Shown here: positions 25,298 to 38,356 of the stretch, piece after piece
Layout: every line of letters starts with the position of its first letter
How positions within the stretch are numbered: the stretch's first letter is position 1
Assembly (NCBI RefSeq): GCF_001194135.2
Contig: NC_068985.1
Span: 126,508,196-126,572,195 of the forward strand
Reading direction: 5' to 3'
DNA: 64,000 bases
Source: Octopus bimaculoides
Taxonomy: Eukaryota
Notes under the pieces: generated by a model
The model's input: the letters and a program-made list of their open reading frames with translations, nothing else
The model's database searches: none
What the model was told of the DNA's origin: nothing
Translations under genes and position numbers: made by a program

Positions 25298-26777
25298 GGG
25301 AGAGAGAGTAACAATACTATTGTTATTATCATTTTAAAAATATGCCTAAAACCATGTGCAGCACTTCATTATCCTCATATTTGAGTTAATTCCTGGAGAC
25401 AATTTTCATTTTATAAATAATTTTTATGTAATTATCGTTTTGACATCCACCAAAATATACACTACAAAATATGCACTACTTAAAGGAACATTAGAATATT
25501 CCTTTAAGTAGGAAATGATCGAATTTAGAATTAATTTTCTTCAATTGTTGTATATGGTAGCATATCAGACGCACTATTTTCACCAAATGTGTCTCAAAAA
25601 TCCAACTCGGGTCCTATATACGAAGTTGAGCCTCCCACAAGCTACTTTTCTTCGCGACGCTCGCTACAATAGACTAATTTTAATCGAGACAGTCTCTTCT
25701 ACCTAGCCTGGCTCCATTACATGTTCAGCTGTACTGCTAACTTACTTTTGATGTACAGTAATGTTTTCTACTATAGCTAAGATATTTTTGTAATGTTTTA
25801 TAATGTACTGCTAGATTGCTTTCAATATAACATTCTTTATGCACTAAAAACTTATTTTATTTCCTGAATAAGCACTGCTGAAATTAGAATGCGTCCTATA
25901 TGCCCATGCGTCTTTTATACCATTAGACACAGTATAATATAATTCACAATTAACTAAGTTATCAAAATGCGGTTTTATACAAAACCAAAATCGATTGCCA
26001 TATCAAAAGGGTATGGTGGTTAGAAAGACCAAGTGTAAAGATAGGATGAAAATGAAGAGATGTTTTGAATAAATGAAGACAACTGCAACAAAATGACAAG
26101 CATTGGTTAACCAACCTGAACGTGGACGTTTTTGTGTGTGATGCGATGAATTCTAAGTAAATCCTCACAGATCGAATACTGAATCAGGATCCGTTCTTTT
26201 TTGCATTAAAAAGATGAACAATTCAATACCTCCATTTACAGAATACTGCTTTAACATCTGACCAGGTCTTTGATAAGGAGATTCACATACGATACTTTTT
26301 GACATTCAAAACCTACAACATAAATTTATTTAGAATTATATTTATGAATAAATATACCACTACATAGTTTCATTACTATGGTCATTGAAGGTTTATACGG
26401 AGTCTATATTTCTGTAGTTAATACTTTAAAATCTGGCTGGTAGGATATTCAAACTGCTCTATAGCCAAATATAGTCTTGGGACATAGAAGTTTTGAGAGC
26501 CGTAGTTTGGCCAACGGTATTATATACAGTGTAAATAAAAAAAAAAGAGATGAAATGATCCATCGTAGGAGCCCCTGCTTAGTACATTAACCTACGAGAA
26601 ACAGCCGCTAAATTTCCCTCATATCTTGCTCTGCTGTCTTAAAAAGAAGTAGGAAAGACATATTGAATAATGTGATTCGAGAAAAACGAGACAACAGTTA
26701 CATATAGAACTCTGATTATATGTCTGTTTAGTTGAAACTAACCCGAGACTAAATGATAATAAATTGTTTCGTTTCAT

Positions 26778-26779
26778 AG

Positions 26780-26839
<60 letters not shown>

Positions 26840-26906
26840 CGATGATGATGATGATGATGATGATGACGACGACGACGACGATGACGACGACGACGATGAT
26901 GACGAT
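26778..26906. repeat. (GAT)n/(GAC)n microsatellite
   Basis: Direct tandem repeat. Confidence 0.97.
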
Positions 26907-27254
26907 CATAATAAAGATGGCGATAACAAACAGTAGCAATTATTCTCATGACGATGAGGTGTAGAATGATGAGAATGAAGTCAAGCGCAAAAGTATTTGA
27001 ATACGAAAACAATCGACAAAAAATTAAAAGCATAAAAAAGAATACTTAATTGAAAAGGAAACAATATCAATGATTTGTAGGATAGGAATAAGGAGTGAAA
27101 TTGGGGTCGGGCAGAAAAAAATCGATTATACTGAAGAAGCGTGAAGATGATTTCGGTGAGATTTGAACTCAAGAACACAAAGAGCTGTAACTGAATACCA
27201 CAGACACTTTTATCGACGCTATTACCATCCACCGAGCTCATAGCAAGTAGAAGA

Positions 27255-27668
27255 ATCCTTTCTTCTATAGGCACAAGGCCTGAAATTTGGGGGAGGGGTA
27301 GTCGATTACATGAACCCCAGTACTCGGCTGGTACTTATTTTTATCGACCCCGAAAGGATAAAAAGTGAAGTCGACCTCGACGGAATTTGAACTCAGAACG
27401 TAAAAACGGACGAAATCCCGCTAAGCATTTTGTCCGGTGCACTAACTATTCTGCCATCTCGCCGCCTTAGTAACGATAGCAATCCTTTCTACTATAGACA
27501 CAAGGCCTGAAATTTGGGGGAGCTGGGATAGCCGATCACATCGAACCCAGTACTTGATGAGTGCTAAATTTATCGACCGGTAAGGATAAAAGACAAAATT
27601 GACCTCGGCAGACGAAATGCCGCGAAGCATTTCTTCCGGCGTGCTAGCGATTCTGCCAGCTCGCAGCC

Positions 27669-27727
<59 letters not shown>

Positions 27728-27941
27728 CCTTTCTACTATAGGCACAAGGCCTGAAATTTGGTGCGGATGGGACTAGTCGATTACATCGAGCCAGTGTTTC
27801 ACTGGTACTTATTTTATCGACCCCGAAAGGATGAAAGGCAAAGTCGACCTCAGCGGAATTTGAACTTGGAACGTAGCGACGGGCGAAATGCCGCTAAGCA
27901 TTTCGTCCAACGTACTAACGATTCTACCAGCTCGCCGCCTT
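27255..27941 (-). mobile_element. Three head-to-tail SINE family A copies
   Basis: Copies at ~27255-27470, 27480-27668 (internally deleted) and 27727-27941, separated by AAT-type tails. Confidence 0.88.
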
Positions 27942-27948
27942 GATGATG

Positions 27949-27999
<51 letters not shown>

Positions 28000-28374
28000 G
28001 TAATAATAATAATATTAATAATAATAATAGTAAATGATGATGAGGAGGAGGATTGTATGATCTCAAGAGCGAGAGTAGGAGACATTGCAAGGACAAATGA
28101 GAAAAATATGGGGGGGATTTCTCTAGAAGAAGAAGAAGACGATGGTGGTGAGGATGATGATGATGATGATGATGAACAAGCACAACAGCAACAACAAAAA
28201 GAAGGAGGAAACACATACAAACCTGCAAGGTGACTTAAGACGTTAATTGTGATGTCGTACATGGACATCCTGTTGTGACACCGAAGACCAATCAAAACAC
28301 GTGAAGCTTCAAAAAAAAAAAAGACATTTGAAAAAAGATATTAGTGACTAACATTGATGATAGCGGTGGCGGTG

Positions 28375-28510
28375 GAAGAAGAAGAAGAAGAAGAAGAAGA
28401 AGAAGAAGAAGAAGAAGAAGAAGAAGAAGAAGAAGAAGAAGAAGAAGAAGAAGAAGAAGAAGAAGAAGAAGAAGAAGAAGAAGAAGAAGAAGAAGAAGAA
28501 GAAGAAGAAG
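28375..28510. repeat. (GAA)n microsatellite
   Basis: Long pure tandem repeat. Confidence 0.98.
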
Positions 28511-29132
28511 AGGCGCGTAAGCTCTGATTGTGAAAGCAATATCTTTTTCTTTTTCTTTCTTCACGTTCTTTACCTATCCTTTCATGGTGGTCCAATGTCA
28601 GCTTTTTCCTTCTTTTTGTTGTTCGTTTCTCTGGTGGGATATTTAGCCACGTAATATCTTTCGATTACATCACATCATAAAACCGACCACAATAATTTTG
28701 GAAATCATGATGATCACCATCATCATCATCATCATCGTCGTCGTCGTCATCGTCGTCGTCGTCATCGTCATCACCGCCGCTGTCACTACCATTGTCATAA
28801 TCAGAATCATGATGATAATACGATCTTGTTCATTGCACACAATCACTATGGTTAGTAAGAGTGATTTCGAATAAAGACATAACGTCATGCGTGTGTGTGT
28901 GTGTGTGTCTTTTTTGCGTGTAGGGTCTGCAGGCGATTAAACCTTAATAAGGATGAAAGGCGAAGTCAACCCCAACAGGATTTTCAAGTCAATGTGTAAC
29001 AATGCAGCAAAACGTTAAGTCTAAAATACTATGAACGCTACCTTCCTCCACTCACCCACCCCTCTCTCTCTCTCTTTTCTATATTTATTTATTTCTGTCT
29101 CTCTGTTATATCTGCATATCTGTATATATAGG

Positions 29133-29237
<105 letters not shown>

Positions 29238-30206
29238 ATATGCACCCTTTCAAAGCCTAGCCAGGCTCATGGGTTCGGTTTCCCGGTTTCTATGGCGTAT
29301 GTGTTCACCCCAGCTGGACGGGACGCCAGTCCATCACAGCGTTACTCAAGAAACAGGAAGAAAGAGAGAGAGAAAGTTGGGGCGAAAGAGTACAACCGGG
29401 GTCGCCACCATCCCCTGTCGGAACCTCGTGGAGCTTTAGNNNNNNNNNNNNNNNNNNNNNNNNNNNNNNNNNNNNNNNNNNNNNNNNNNNNNNNNNNNNN
29501 NNNNNNNNNNNNNNNNNNNNNNNNNNNNNNNNNNNNNNNNNNNNNNNNNNNNNNNNNNNNNNNNNNNNNNNNNNNNNNNNNNNNNNNNNNNNNNNNNNNN
29601 NNNNNNNNNNNNNNNNNNNNNNNNNNNNNNNNNNNNNNNNNNNNNNNNNNNNNNNNNNNNNNNNNNNNNNNNNNNNNNNNNNNNNNNNNNNNNNNNNNNN
29701 NNNNNNNNNNNNNNNNNNNNNNNNNNNNNNNNNNNNNNNNNNNNNNNNNNNNNNNNNNNNNNNNNNNNNNNNNNNNNNNNNNNNNNNNNNNNNNNNNNNN
29801 NNNNNNNNNNNNNNNNNNNNNNNNNNNNNNNNNNNNNNNNNNNNNNNNNNNNNNNNNNNNNNNNNNNNNNNNNNNNNNNNNNNNNNNNNNNNNNNNNNNN
29901 NNNNNNNNNNNNNNNNNNNNNNNNNNNNNNNNNNNNNNNNNNNNNNNNNNNNNNNNNNNNNNNNNNNNNNNNNNNNNNNNNNNNNNNNNNNNNNNNNNNN
30001 NNNNNNNNNNNNNNNNNNNNNNNNNNNNNNNNNNNNNNNNNNNNNNNNNNNNNNNNNNNNNNNNNNNNNNNNNNNNNNNNNNNNNNNNNNNNNNNNNNNN
30101 NNNNNNNNNNNNNNNNNNNNNNNNNNNNNNNNNNNNNNNNNNNNGTGTTTACATACCGAAGGGCTGGGTAAAAATTATTAATTGTTGATTTATTAATAAA
30201 TTAATA

Positions 30207-30287
30207 AATTGATAAACCTTTACCCTTTTAATTGTGTATATATATCTATATATATATACACAATTAAAAGGGTAAAGGTTTATCAAT

Positions 30288-30288
<1 letters not shown>
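30207..30288. repeat. Perfect 38-bp inverted repeat around a TA tract
   Basis: 30207-30244 is the exact reverse complement of 30251-30288. Confidence 0.95.
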
Positions 30289-30342
<54 letters not shown>

Positions 30343-31976
30343 CACTAGTTTCAGTCATTAGACTGCGGCCATGCTGGGTCACTGCCATAGAGAATTTGTA
30401 AACCTGGTACTTATTCTATCTGACTCTTTTACCGAACCGCTGAGTTACGGGTACGTAAACACGCCACCACCGGTTGTCAAGCGGTGAGATGGAGAACAAA
30501 CACACACATACACACACACACATGAAAAAGGAAAATAAGTAACTACAAAAAGCAAAATAGTACTCTATAAGATTCTAAATCCCAAACTAAACCGGAGATA
30601 GTTAACTCTACTTCTAAAAGCAACTTCCTTTATACTAATTGACCCTAACACAAGACACGCGATGATAAGAAAAATGTAAACTTTAGACGTTTCGAGTTTT
30701 AAGCTCTTCAAAAATTTAGACAAAAGAAAAGACATGTTAAAAATTGAAATTAAACGAGTATAATGGAGAAATACGTTAAGTAATACCATGTGCGTGGGGG
30801 AGGGGTGTTGCGACTGCGTTCATGAAAGGAAAGTCGTAGACTTGTTGTTGTTGTTGTTGTTTGACTCCAGGTCAACTCTAGTTGGGCAACCCTAAGATCA
30901 AGAAGCTTTCTCCTTTATTCATTTTATCTATTTGTATATCAGGCACGGTAATTATTGCTTAATGTGTACTTCACTGTTTAAATAGTTGAGTAGATAATAT
31001 AAAAATTTGAATATTTCTCGCTCGTCGATTGGCCGCATAGAGGCACCATCGTTGGCTTGAATTTCATTAGGCTGAAGACAATAATGTGAAACGTGGTGTA
31101 TTAGGGAGTAATTAAATCCAAACGATTGTATTTCGAATAGTGTCCGAATGAGATCAAATTTGCAACAAACGTATCCATTTAATAACGCAATCTTTGCAAG
31201 CTTATGAAATATAATTTATCGATAATTGATCACAATCACAGCTAAGTGGAGTTCATTGGGAAACTGAGATTTAAGTGAGTAGGAGTTATGTTTGTTGCTT
31301 TGCTAATTGCAATGGAGCTATGCTGCACCAGTGATAGGATTCGAAACAGCGACTCCTCTCTTAGAACTCTGGCATAATATCAATTCAGTTATCTTTTAAA
31401 CTCGACGCATTTAAATAAAGTTACAAACGGAAAAACTAAAAAGCGAAACTAAAGATTAGTAAGACAACGGAAAACCACGTTAAGTTATATTAGGTAAGAA
31501 ACAATGAAATCGTGTCTCTATAGAGGAGCCGTCGTTGTTGTTGTTATTGTTGCTGTTGCTGTTGCTGTTGCTGTTGTTGCTGATGCTGTTGTTGTTGTTG
31601 TTTAACTCATTGTTGTCCCTGATTGAGTAAGGCCTATTAACAAAGGCGTTCTGTCATGCCTAGCCCATATTTTATTTCAATTGTGTAATCCATCATTACT
31701 TTATCTAATGCTACTTCTATTTTACAATAAAGTACGTTGTGATTTGAGAAAGATTTGACAGCTATTTTTAGCAGTTTGAGCAACCATCTAAAGGCTCCTT
31801 TGTTAGCTCATCAATAGATTTGTCACAATGTAAGGTGTGGCGACACAAAGCTTGAGAATAGCAACAACTTCGTGCGTGACCTAGAATAGTAGGTTTAATT
31901 AGGACATCACGTCATAAAGTTCAGCATGTCCCGCGCTGCAAAATTTTAGGATTGTCGTCACACCGCGCCCCACCTT

Positions 31977-32010
<34 letters not shown>

Positions 32011-33107
32011 TCACACATGCTTAGTTACACATACAAAAAGAAGTTTTCAGTCGATTTTTTTCATACTGCAATAACGTCATAAAAATTGCATAAGGTTGCC
32101 ATCTGCATGATGTCTATATAGTTAAGTACGTGCGGGAGGTTGGGGACAAATATACTTAATGTAATGAGCCAAAAGGAAATTTTTTTAATCAATTAAAATA
32201 ATACCTGAAATGGGAAAATTTATGAGTCACAGGCGTGGCTGTATGGTTAAGAAGTTTGCTTCCCAACCATGTGGTTTTGGGCTCAGTCCTACGGCACGGC
32301 ATCTTGAGTGTCTTCTACTATTGCTCCGAGCCGACCAAATCCTTTCGAGTGAATATGGTAGACGGAAACTGAAAGAAGCTCATTATTTGTGTGTGTGTGT
32401 GTGTGTGTGTATGTGTGTGTATATATATGTATGTATGTATGTGTGTGTGTGTGTGTGTGTCTTTTAAATTCGTCTATGGAAACGTTAAGGGTATTCAAAT
32501 AAAGCTCCTATTTAATTATGCCGGCCACCATCTAATGATGCTGACTAGTAAGTCAGTTTTTTGGGGTTGCATCATGGTTATACCGATATAATGTAGGATA
32601 TATATAATAATAACAATAATTCTAGGATGGAACATATAGATAGATAGATAGATAGATAGATGGATATATATATANNNNNNNNNNNNNNNNNNNNNNNNNN
32701 NNNNNNNNNNNNNNNNNNNNNNNNNNNNNNNNNNNNNNNNNNNNNNNNNNNNNNNNNNNNNNNNNNNNNNNNNNNNNNNNNNNNNNNNNNNNNNNNNNNN
32801 NNNNNNNNNNNNNNNNNNNNNNNNNNNNNNNNNNNNNNNNNNNNNNNNNNNNNNNNNNNNNNNNNNNNNNNNNNNNNNNNNNNNNNNNNNNNNNNNNNNN
32901 NNNNNNNNNNNNNNNNNNNNNNNNNNNNNNNNNNNNNNNNNNNNNNNNNNNNNNNNNNNNNNNNNNNNNNNNNNNNNNNNNNNNNNNNNNNNNNNNNNNN
33001 NNNNNNNNNNNNNNNNNNNNNNNNNNNNNNNNNNNNNNNNNNNNNNNNNNNNNNNNNNNNNNNNNNNNNNNNNNNNNNNNNNNNNNNNNNNNNNNNNNNN
33101 NNNNNNN

Positions 33108-33174
<67 letters not shown>

Positions 33175-33743
33175 TGTCCACCACCACCACTACCATCACT
33201 TGTCAACCAGTGTTGGTTTGTTTCTATTTCCTGCAATATAGCGGTTCGGCAAAAAGAACCGATAGAATATGTACTAGATTTAAAATATAGTGCCTAAGTC
33301 GATTTGGTCGGCTAAAAGCCCAATATGGCCGCAGTCCAATAGCTAAAGCAGGTAAAGTATCGAAAAGTGAGAAGATAGTGTTAATAGTAATTCCTGCTAA
33401 AAAAGCCAAGAAAGGTAACTCGAAATAATTAAACATTTAATGGGAGTGATTCTGATCTTAGAAAGACGGTGATGATTCCGATCATGTTTCGTTCGTATTA
33501 AATGTTCTCAGTTAAACATATTTTTAATTGCAATTAATTACCAGACTTTAGAACGTCTAAGAGAATATATAGATATTGAGAGAAAGAACATATGAAATAA
33601 GTGACTTAGATGAAGGAAATATTGTTGAATGGGAGTTAAATTGCTTAAGGTAGTGGGCCGAAGGACATTTTTTTTCTATTATCATCAGCTAAAATATTTT
33701 CAGTGTGCCTCTCCCCATACATACTAACACACACACTCACACA

Positions 33744-33795
<52 letters not shown>

Positions 33796-34294
33796 TAAAC
33801 ACACACGCACGCACACACACACACATACGTAAGGAATATGTATATGTACACATATGCATACATTTATACATATACAAATATATACATATATACACATGCA
33901 TACATATACATACAAATAAATAAATAAATAAATAAATGATGGTTGCAACTCGATTTCGAGCAATGCCATCACTTGATTTTTCTCTTAGATATAAGTAGCG
34001 GGGATATGGATTTTCAGTCCTGCGTGTGGTGGGGGGCTACATTTTTCTTTGCGCAGATGTGACGCCTCTTGCAACAGGTGTTCAGAGAGCTTACCGCCTA
34101 CGCTGACACATGCCTTCATTCGATCATAACATTTTGCATTGAGTATTTTACCTTTTTTTCGGCTACGATCTCAGCCATAGTAAAAAAAAAAACACATAAT
34201 AGACCAATCACACGCTCGAAACTACGTATGCATTTGACCCCAGAAGAACAGTTGTTCTATCAACGTTTTCATTCTCCTGGAGAAATGTTTAAAT

Positions 34295-34526
34295 CAGCGG
34301 TTCTCAACCGGAGTCCTTATGACCTTTGGGGCTCTATGTTTGTTATAATTTATATGCTATAAATTAGTTATTAATTTTACAATACACGAAATAATTTAAC
34401 AATTTTTAATGCAATTTTTAATAATATTTAATTCTAAAAATGTAATCGAATTTATATATGGGTTCATCCGAGTAAAAAAGGAATCAAAGACATCCATAGG
34501 TTTAAAAATATGGTTGAAAAACGCTG
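34295..34526. mobile_element. hAT-superfamily MITE (232 bp)
   Basis: TIRs CAGCGGTTCTCAACC / GGTTGAAAAACGCTG (13/15); 8-bp TSD GTTTAAAT / GTTTAAAC. Confidence 0.85.
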
Positions 34527-34773
34527 GTTTAAACAAAGACTAAGGGTCTCTCACGCCCAGTTGTTGAATGGCCGTTGACTCGACTGAGTTCATCTACCCA
34601 TTGATAGGTTTTGTTTGACTGCCTACAGGATGTCTAACGAAAACCACAATCCTTACCAAGTAGGTTTTGGAGGGTTACCAGCTGGGACACCGACTGCCAG
34701 ACCATGCGACACGTTGTATTGGGTTACATGTTACCAGTAGTTACCAGTAGCGCTAAGAGTGATATACATACAT

Positions 34774-34821
<48 letters not shown>

Positions 34822-36587
34822 CGCCTACACACACACACACATGTACACACGTGCGCGCACATATATATATGTGTGTGTGTGTGTATAATGTATGTATGCA
34901 TGTATGTATGCAAAGAGCGAGATGCGTGAGTGTGTGTGTGTGTTCGCATAAAAATCACCCTACATTTATAAACGCAACAATCTGTATAAACCAGAGAGGT
35001 AGGGAACATGTTTACATTTAAAGGCCTCTTTAAAGTTAACTGCTGTCTGACAAGCATGCATTTCAAACAAAAGAAATTCTTATACCTATTATTTTATACT
35101 TAGAACAGGCATAAAACATGTAAACTAATATTTTATAAAACAAAGTGTCTCTCATACTGATGGGACATATATCTTAGTTACGTATTACACACTTTTCCTT
35201 AATAAATGTGACTGATTGTTCTACTCCATGTTACTTGCAGTTAAAATGTTTCTCATCATTATGAGATACCTCGTATAATAAATTGTTGATAAAAAATCCC
35301 TACAACATGGAAAATAACAAGGTTTCGGAATACGCATCCAACCACAACCGTTAATATTTCTGCGTTTCAAATTCAATAATAGTTTCTTTAAACGTGTAAT
35401 TGCATCTTTAGATAAAGAAGTACAAATATGTGTTTCTAAAATCTCCAGTTACTCGGAAAGATAAGCATTAAGTAAAGTTAAAACAATAAAATTATATTTT
35501 AGTATAACGGTTTTTTCTTCGCTAACATTTTGCATTTCTTTCATTTATAGGCTCTTCCCGCTCCATGAGTTTCCTATGTCTGATGTAAGATATCATGAAT
35601 GACGATGGCAGGTCGAGCGATCACTGAGAGGCCACCGTGTTGTCTCATCAACAGATAAGTGACATTGTAAGTGGTCGAAAGCCAAAGCTTTGCAGTAGCT
35701 TCAGCCTCGTGCATGACGCAAATACTCTTAGCAGATCATCACGTCACACACTGAAACTAAACCAAACAGATAAACTTTTGCGCTTTTTATTATTTTTATT
35801 TTTTTATTTTTTAGGCGAAATGAAAGGACAGTTCCCATAACTTTTTTTGGCCGCTTTGGGTTTGCTCCTAGATTGGTGAAAATAAAGAAGGTATTTTCAA
35901 ACGGGAAACCTGGCCCGAACGATTACAACAAAGTATACTCCTCTAAAAGCACTTAAGGTGCCAGATGGTGATGGCAAACTGAGTCACGCGCTAAGTTTAT
36001 CACCCAAACAGACCATGACCGGATTTGAACTCTGAGCGCAAAGAACAACAGCCAAGAAATGTAAGTAAGAAATGTAAATACGTTGAGGGAGGAGCTAGCT
36101 AGCCCTTCCCTCAGAAATGGTATGCAGCCTGGAACCGTTTGCTGACTGACTGATGTGTAGTGGAGTACGGAATGGGAATAAAGAAGACGCGACGCACTTG
36201 GATGAAATGATGATGACCAGAGTATGCAATCAGCGCTGATCTGGGCTGAACAATAACAACAATTATCTTCAGTTCATAATCTAGGCGGCCAATTGGTAGA
36301 TCAGACAGGTTGATTAGCAGTAAACGTTTCGGCTCTCTGCTCATGAGTTCAAATCCCATCAAGGTCACCTTTGCTTTGCACCGATTGGGGATCGATGTAT
36401 GAAGTGGCAGACTTGCACAGGAGTTGATTCATCTGTTTCTCTCACTCTTTCTTTCTGTCTATCACTCTTTCAGAAAGAAAGTGGGTGCGATCATTCTTGG
36501 AGAGGTATTGCCTCCGACAAGTCTAAATATGCTCAAGCGAGTCGTCTGTCACTAAGATACCTTTACGACCTCATCAAATAGTTTAAG

Positions 36588-38356
36588 GCCTAAAGCGAGA
36601 TCAATACACTCCATAATGTATCAAGTAGCTCTGAAACACTTTCGTACACCATCTTGAAATACGCTTAACATCGAATTCCTGAACAAACTGACAATATTCA
36701 GATATAGCAATACAATGATAAACTCTGTGTTCGCTTGAATGACAAATGTGATCTGAGGCTAATATCATTTGATACATCGCTCAGCTATTGTTGCTGAGTT
36801 AATAAAGACCAGAGCCTTTTTTCTGGTTGAGAACTATATAACGTTATTTACGCATACACACGTCTATGTATGAATGTGTACATTATGCGTATATACACGC
36901 TCATACGCTCATATATATATATATATANNNNNNNNNNNNNNNNNNNNNNNNNNNNNNNNNNNNNNNNNNNNNNNNNNNNNNNNNNNNNNNNNNNNNNNNN
37001 NNNNNNNNNNNNNNNNNNNNNNNNNNNNNNNNNNNNNNNNNNNNNNNNNNNNNNNNNNNNNNNNNNNNNNNNNNNNNNNNNNNNNNNNNNNNNNNNNNNN
37101 NNNNNNNNNNNNNNNNNNNNNNNNNNNNNNNNNNNNNNNNNNNNNNNNNNNNNNNNNNNNNNNNNNNNNNNNNNNNNNNNNNNNNNNNNNNNNNNNNNNN
37201 NNNNNNNNNNNNNNNNNNNNNNNNNNNNNNNATATATATATATATATATATATATATATACGCACGCACACATACACATACAAATTATAACACCTGTAAT
37301 TTATTTCCTCTTTTGTTTAGAAAAATTCAAAGATAAAAAAATATATGCAGTATTTCATTTTGATATATTAAATCATTTTACCGTACATTCCAACCGGTTT
37401 TCACTCTAAGAATTCTTCAAATAGAAATTAGTAAAATAAGCTTTTAAGCAGTACTAACCAAGGGAGACTAACAGGCAGATACAGTAATAGGACTTAGATT
37501 TCACAAGCAGATTCAATAATGCGAATAAATAGAAAGATGAGATTATTGCAGGTAGATGACTAATGAGGATACAGAATTACATGACAAGGAGGGTATCAGA
37601 TAACAAGGCAAATTCGGTAAAGAAATCAAGTGAAAAGTTATTATTTAAACAATAAGGTAAGGAGTGTTTAGTCAGAAACGAAAGTGGCACGTAGAGGGTT
37701 TTATACAATAGACTGACTCAGGGACGTTCACAGACAAATACAGTAATGGAAATCAGATAGATACATAAGTAGAGAGATGAGAATGTTGTGGATGCAGGAA
37801 GAATCTTGGCAAATGCAGGTGATAACCCCGGAATGTTGTGTCATATTAGACCTCCACTGCGAAGTATAACCAACCCCATACTTAATGGATTAGTGATAAG
37901 AGAATCACTATATTTATATATAATAATGTAGGCGAGTAGGGGTCAAGAATTATCATTAGGGATATAGCACATCATACTTAAAGTAGTGAGATGAGGTAAT
38001 AAGATAAGGGTGTACATTCATATATATATATATATGTGTGTGTGTGTGTATGGAGGGTGTATAGTTGAAATTTACAGAAAAACATATGACGAAGACAGGT
38101 GTATAAATAATAAGCAAATGTATTAGTTTGACGCACGGGAAGGTGGGAAAGTCTTTTACGTTTCGAGCCTCAGCTCTTCAGCAGAAAGGAGCACGAGGAA
38201 ATAAAGAGAGAGAGAATAAAAAAAAAACTTGTGAATTTAGCGGTCAATCATGCAATTCATGTTAGGAATTCGATGTTAGGCGTATTTCGAGATGGTGTAC
38301 GAAAGTGTTTCAGAGCTACTTGATACATTATGGAGTGTATTGACCTAGCTTTAGGC
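36588..38356. repeat. Pair of 93-bp inverted copies of an unclassified repeat (36588-36680 / 38264-38356)
   Basis: 89/93 identical in reverse complement. Confidence 0.9.
38153..38188 (-). ncRNA. 36-nt minimal hammerhead-ribozyme-like motif (A6 to C variant)
   Basis: Minus strand: CTTT-CTGCTGA-A-GAGC-TGAG-GCTC-GAAA-CG-TA-AAAG; stems I and II perfect. Host repeat ~38075-38215 has a partial copy at ~4210-4288. Confidence 0.6.

Noticed and set aside
25590-25930. pogo/Tigger-like MITE (gcgtcctata/gcgtctttta motifs)
   Set aside because: Only short subterminal-like motifs; no TIR pair or TSD established.
30681-30715. Hammerhead-like GAAGAGC..CTC-GAAA-CG-TC on the minus strand
   Set aside because: 5' core reads TTTTTGA and stem I does not pair; at most a dead relative of the 38153 motif.
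30565-30789. Hydrophobic 74-aa minus ORF resembling a membrane-protein exon
   Set aside because: Hydrophobicity is explained by AT-rich codons; no family motif.
31068-31100. CTGAAGA-caataatgt-GAAA-CG-TG hammerhead-like string
   Set aside because: Cleavage triplet would be GUG (not NUH), and stems I and II do not pair.
37440-37900. Very decayed L2/CR1 endonuclease on the minus strand
   Set aside because: Only vague similarity (FFTEFALLSDTL); no intact diagnostic motif such as GDFN.
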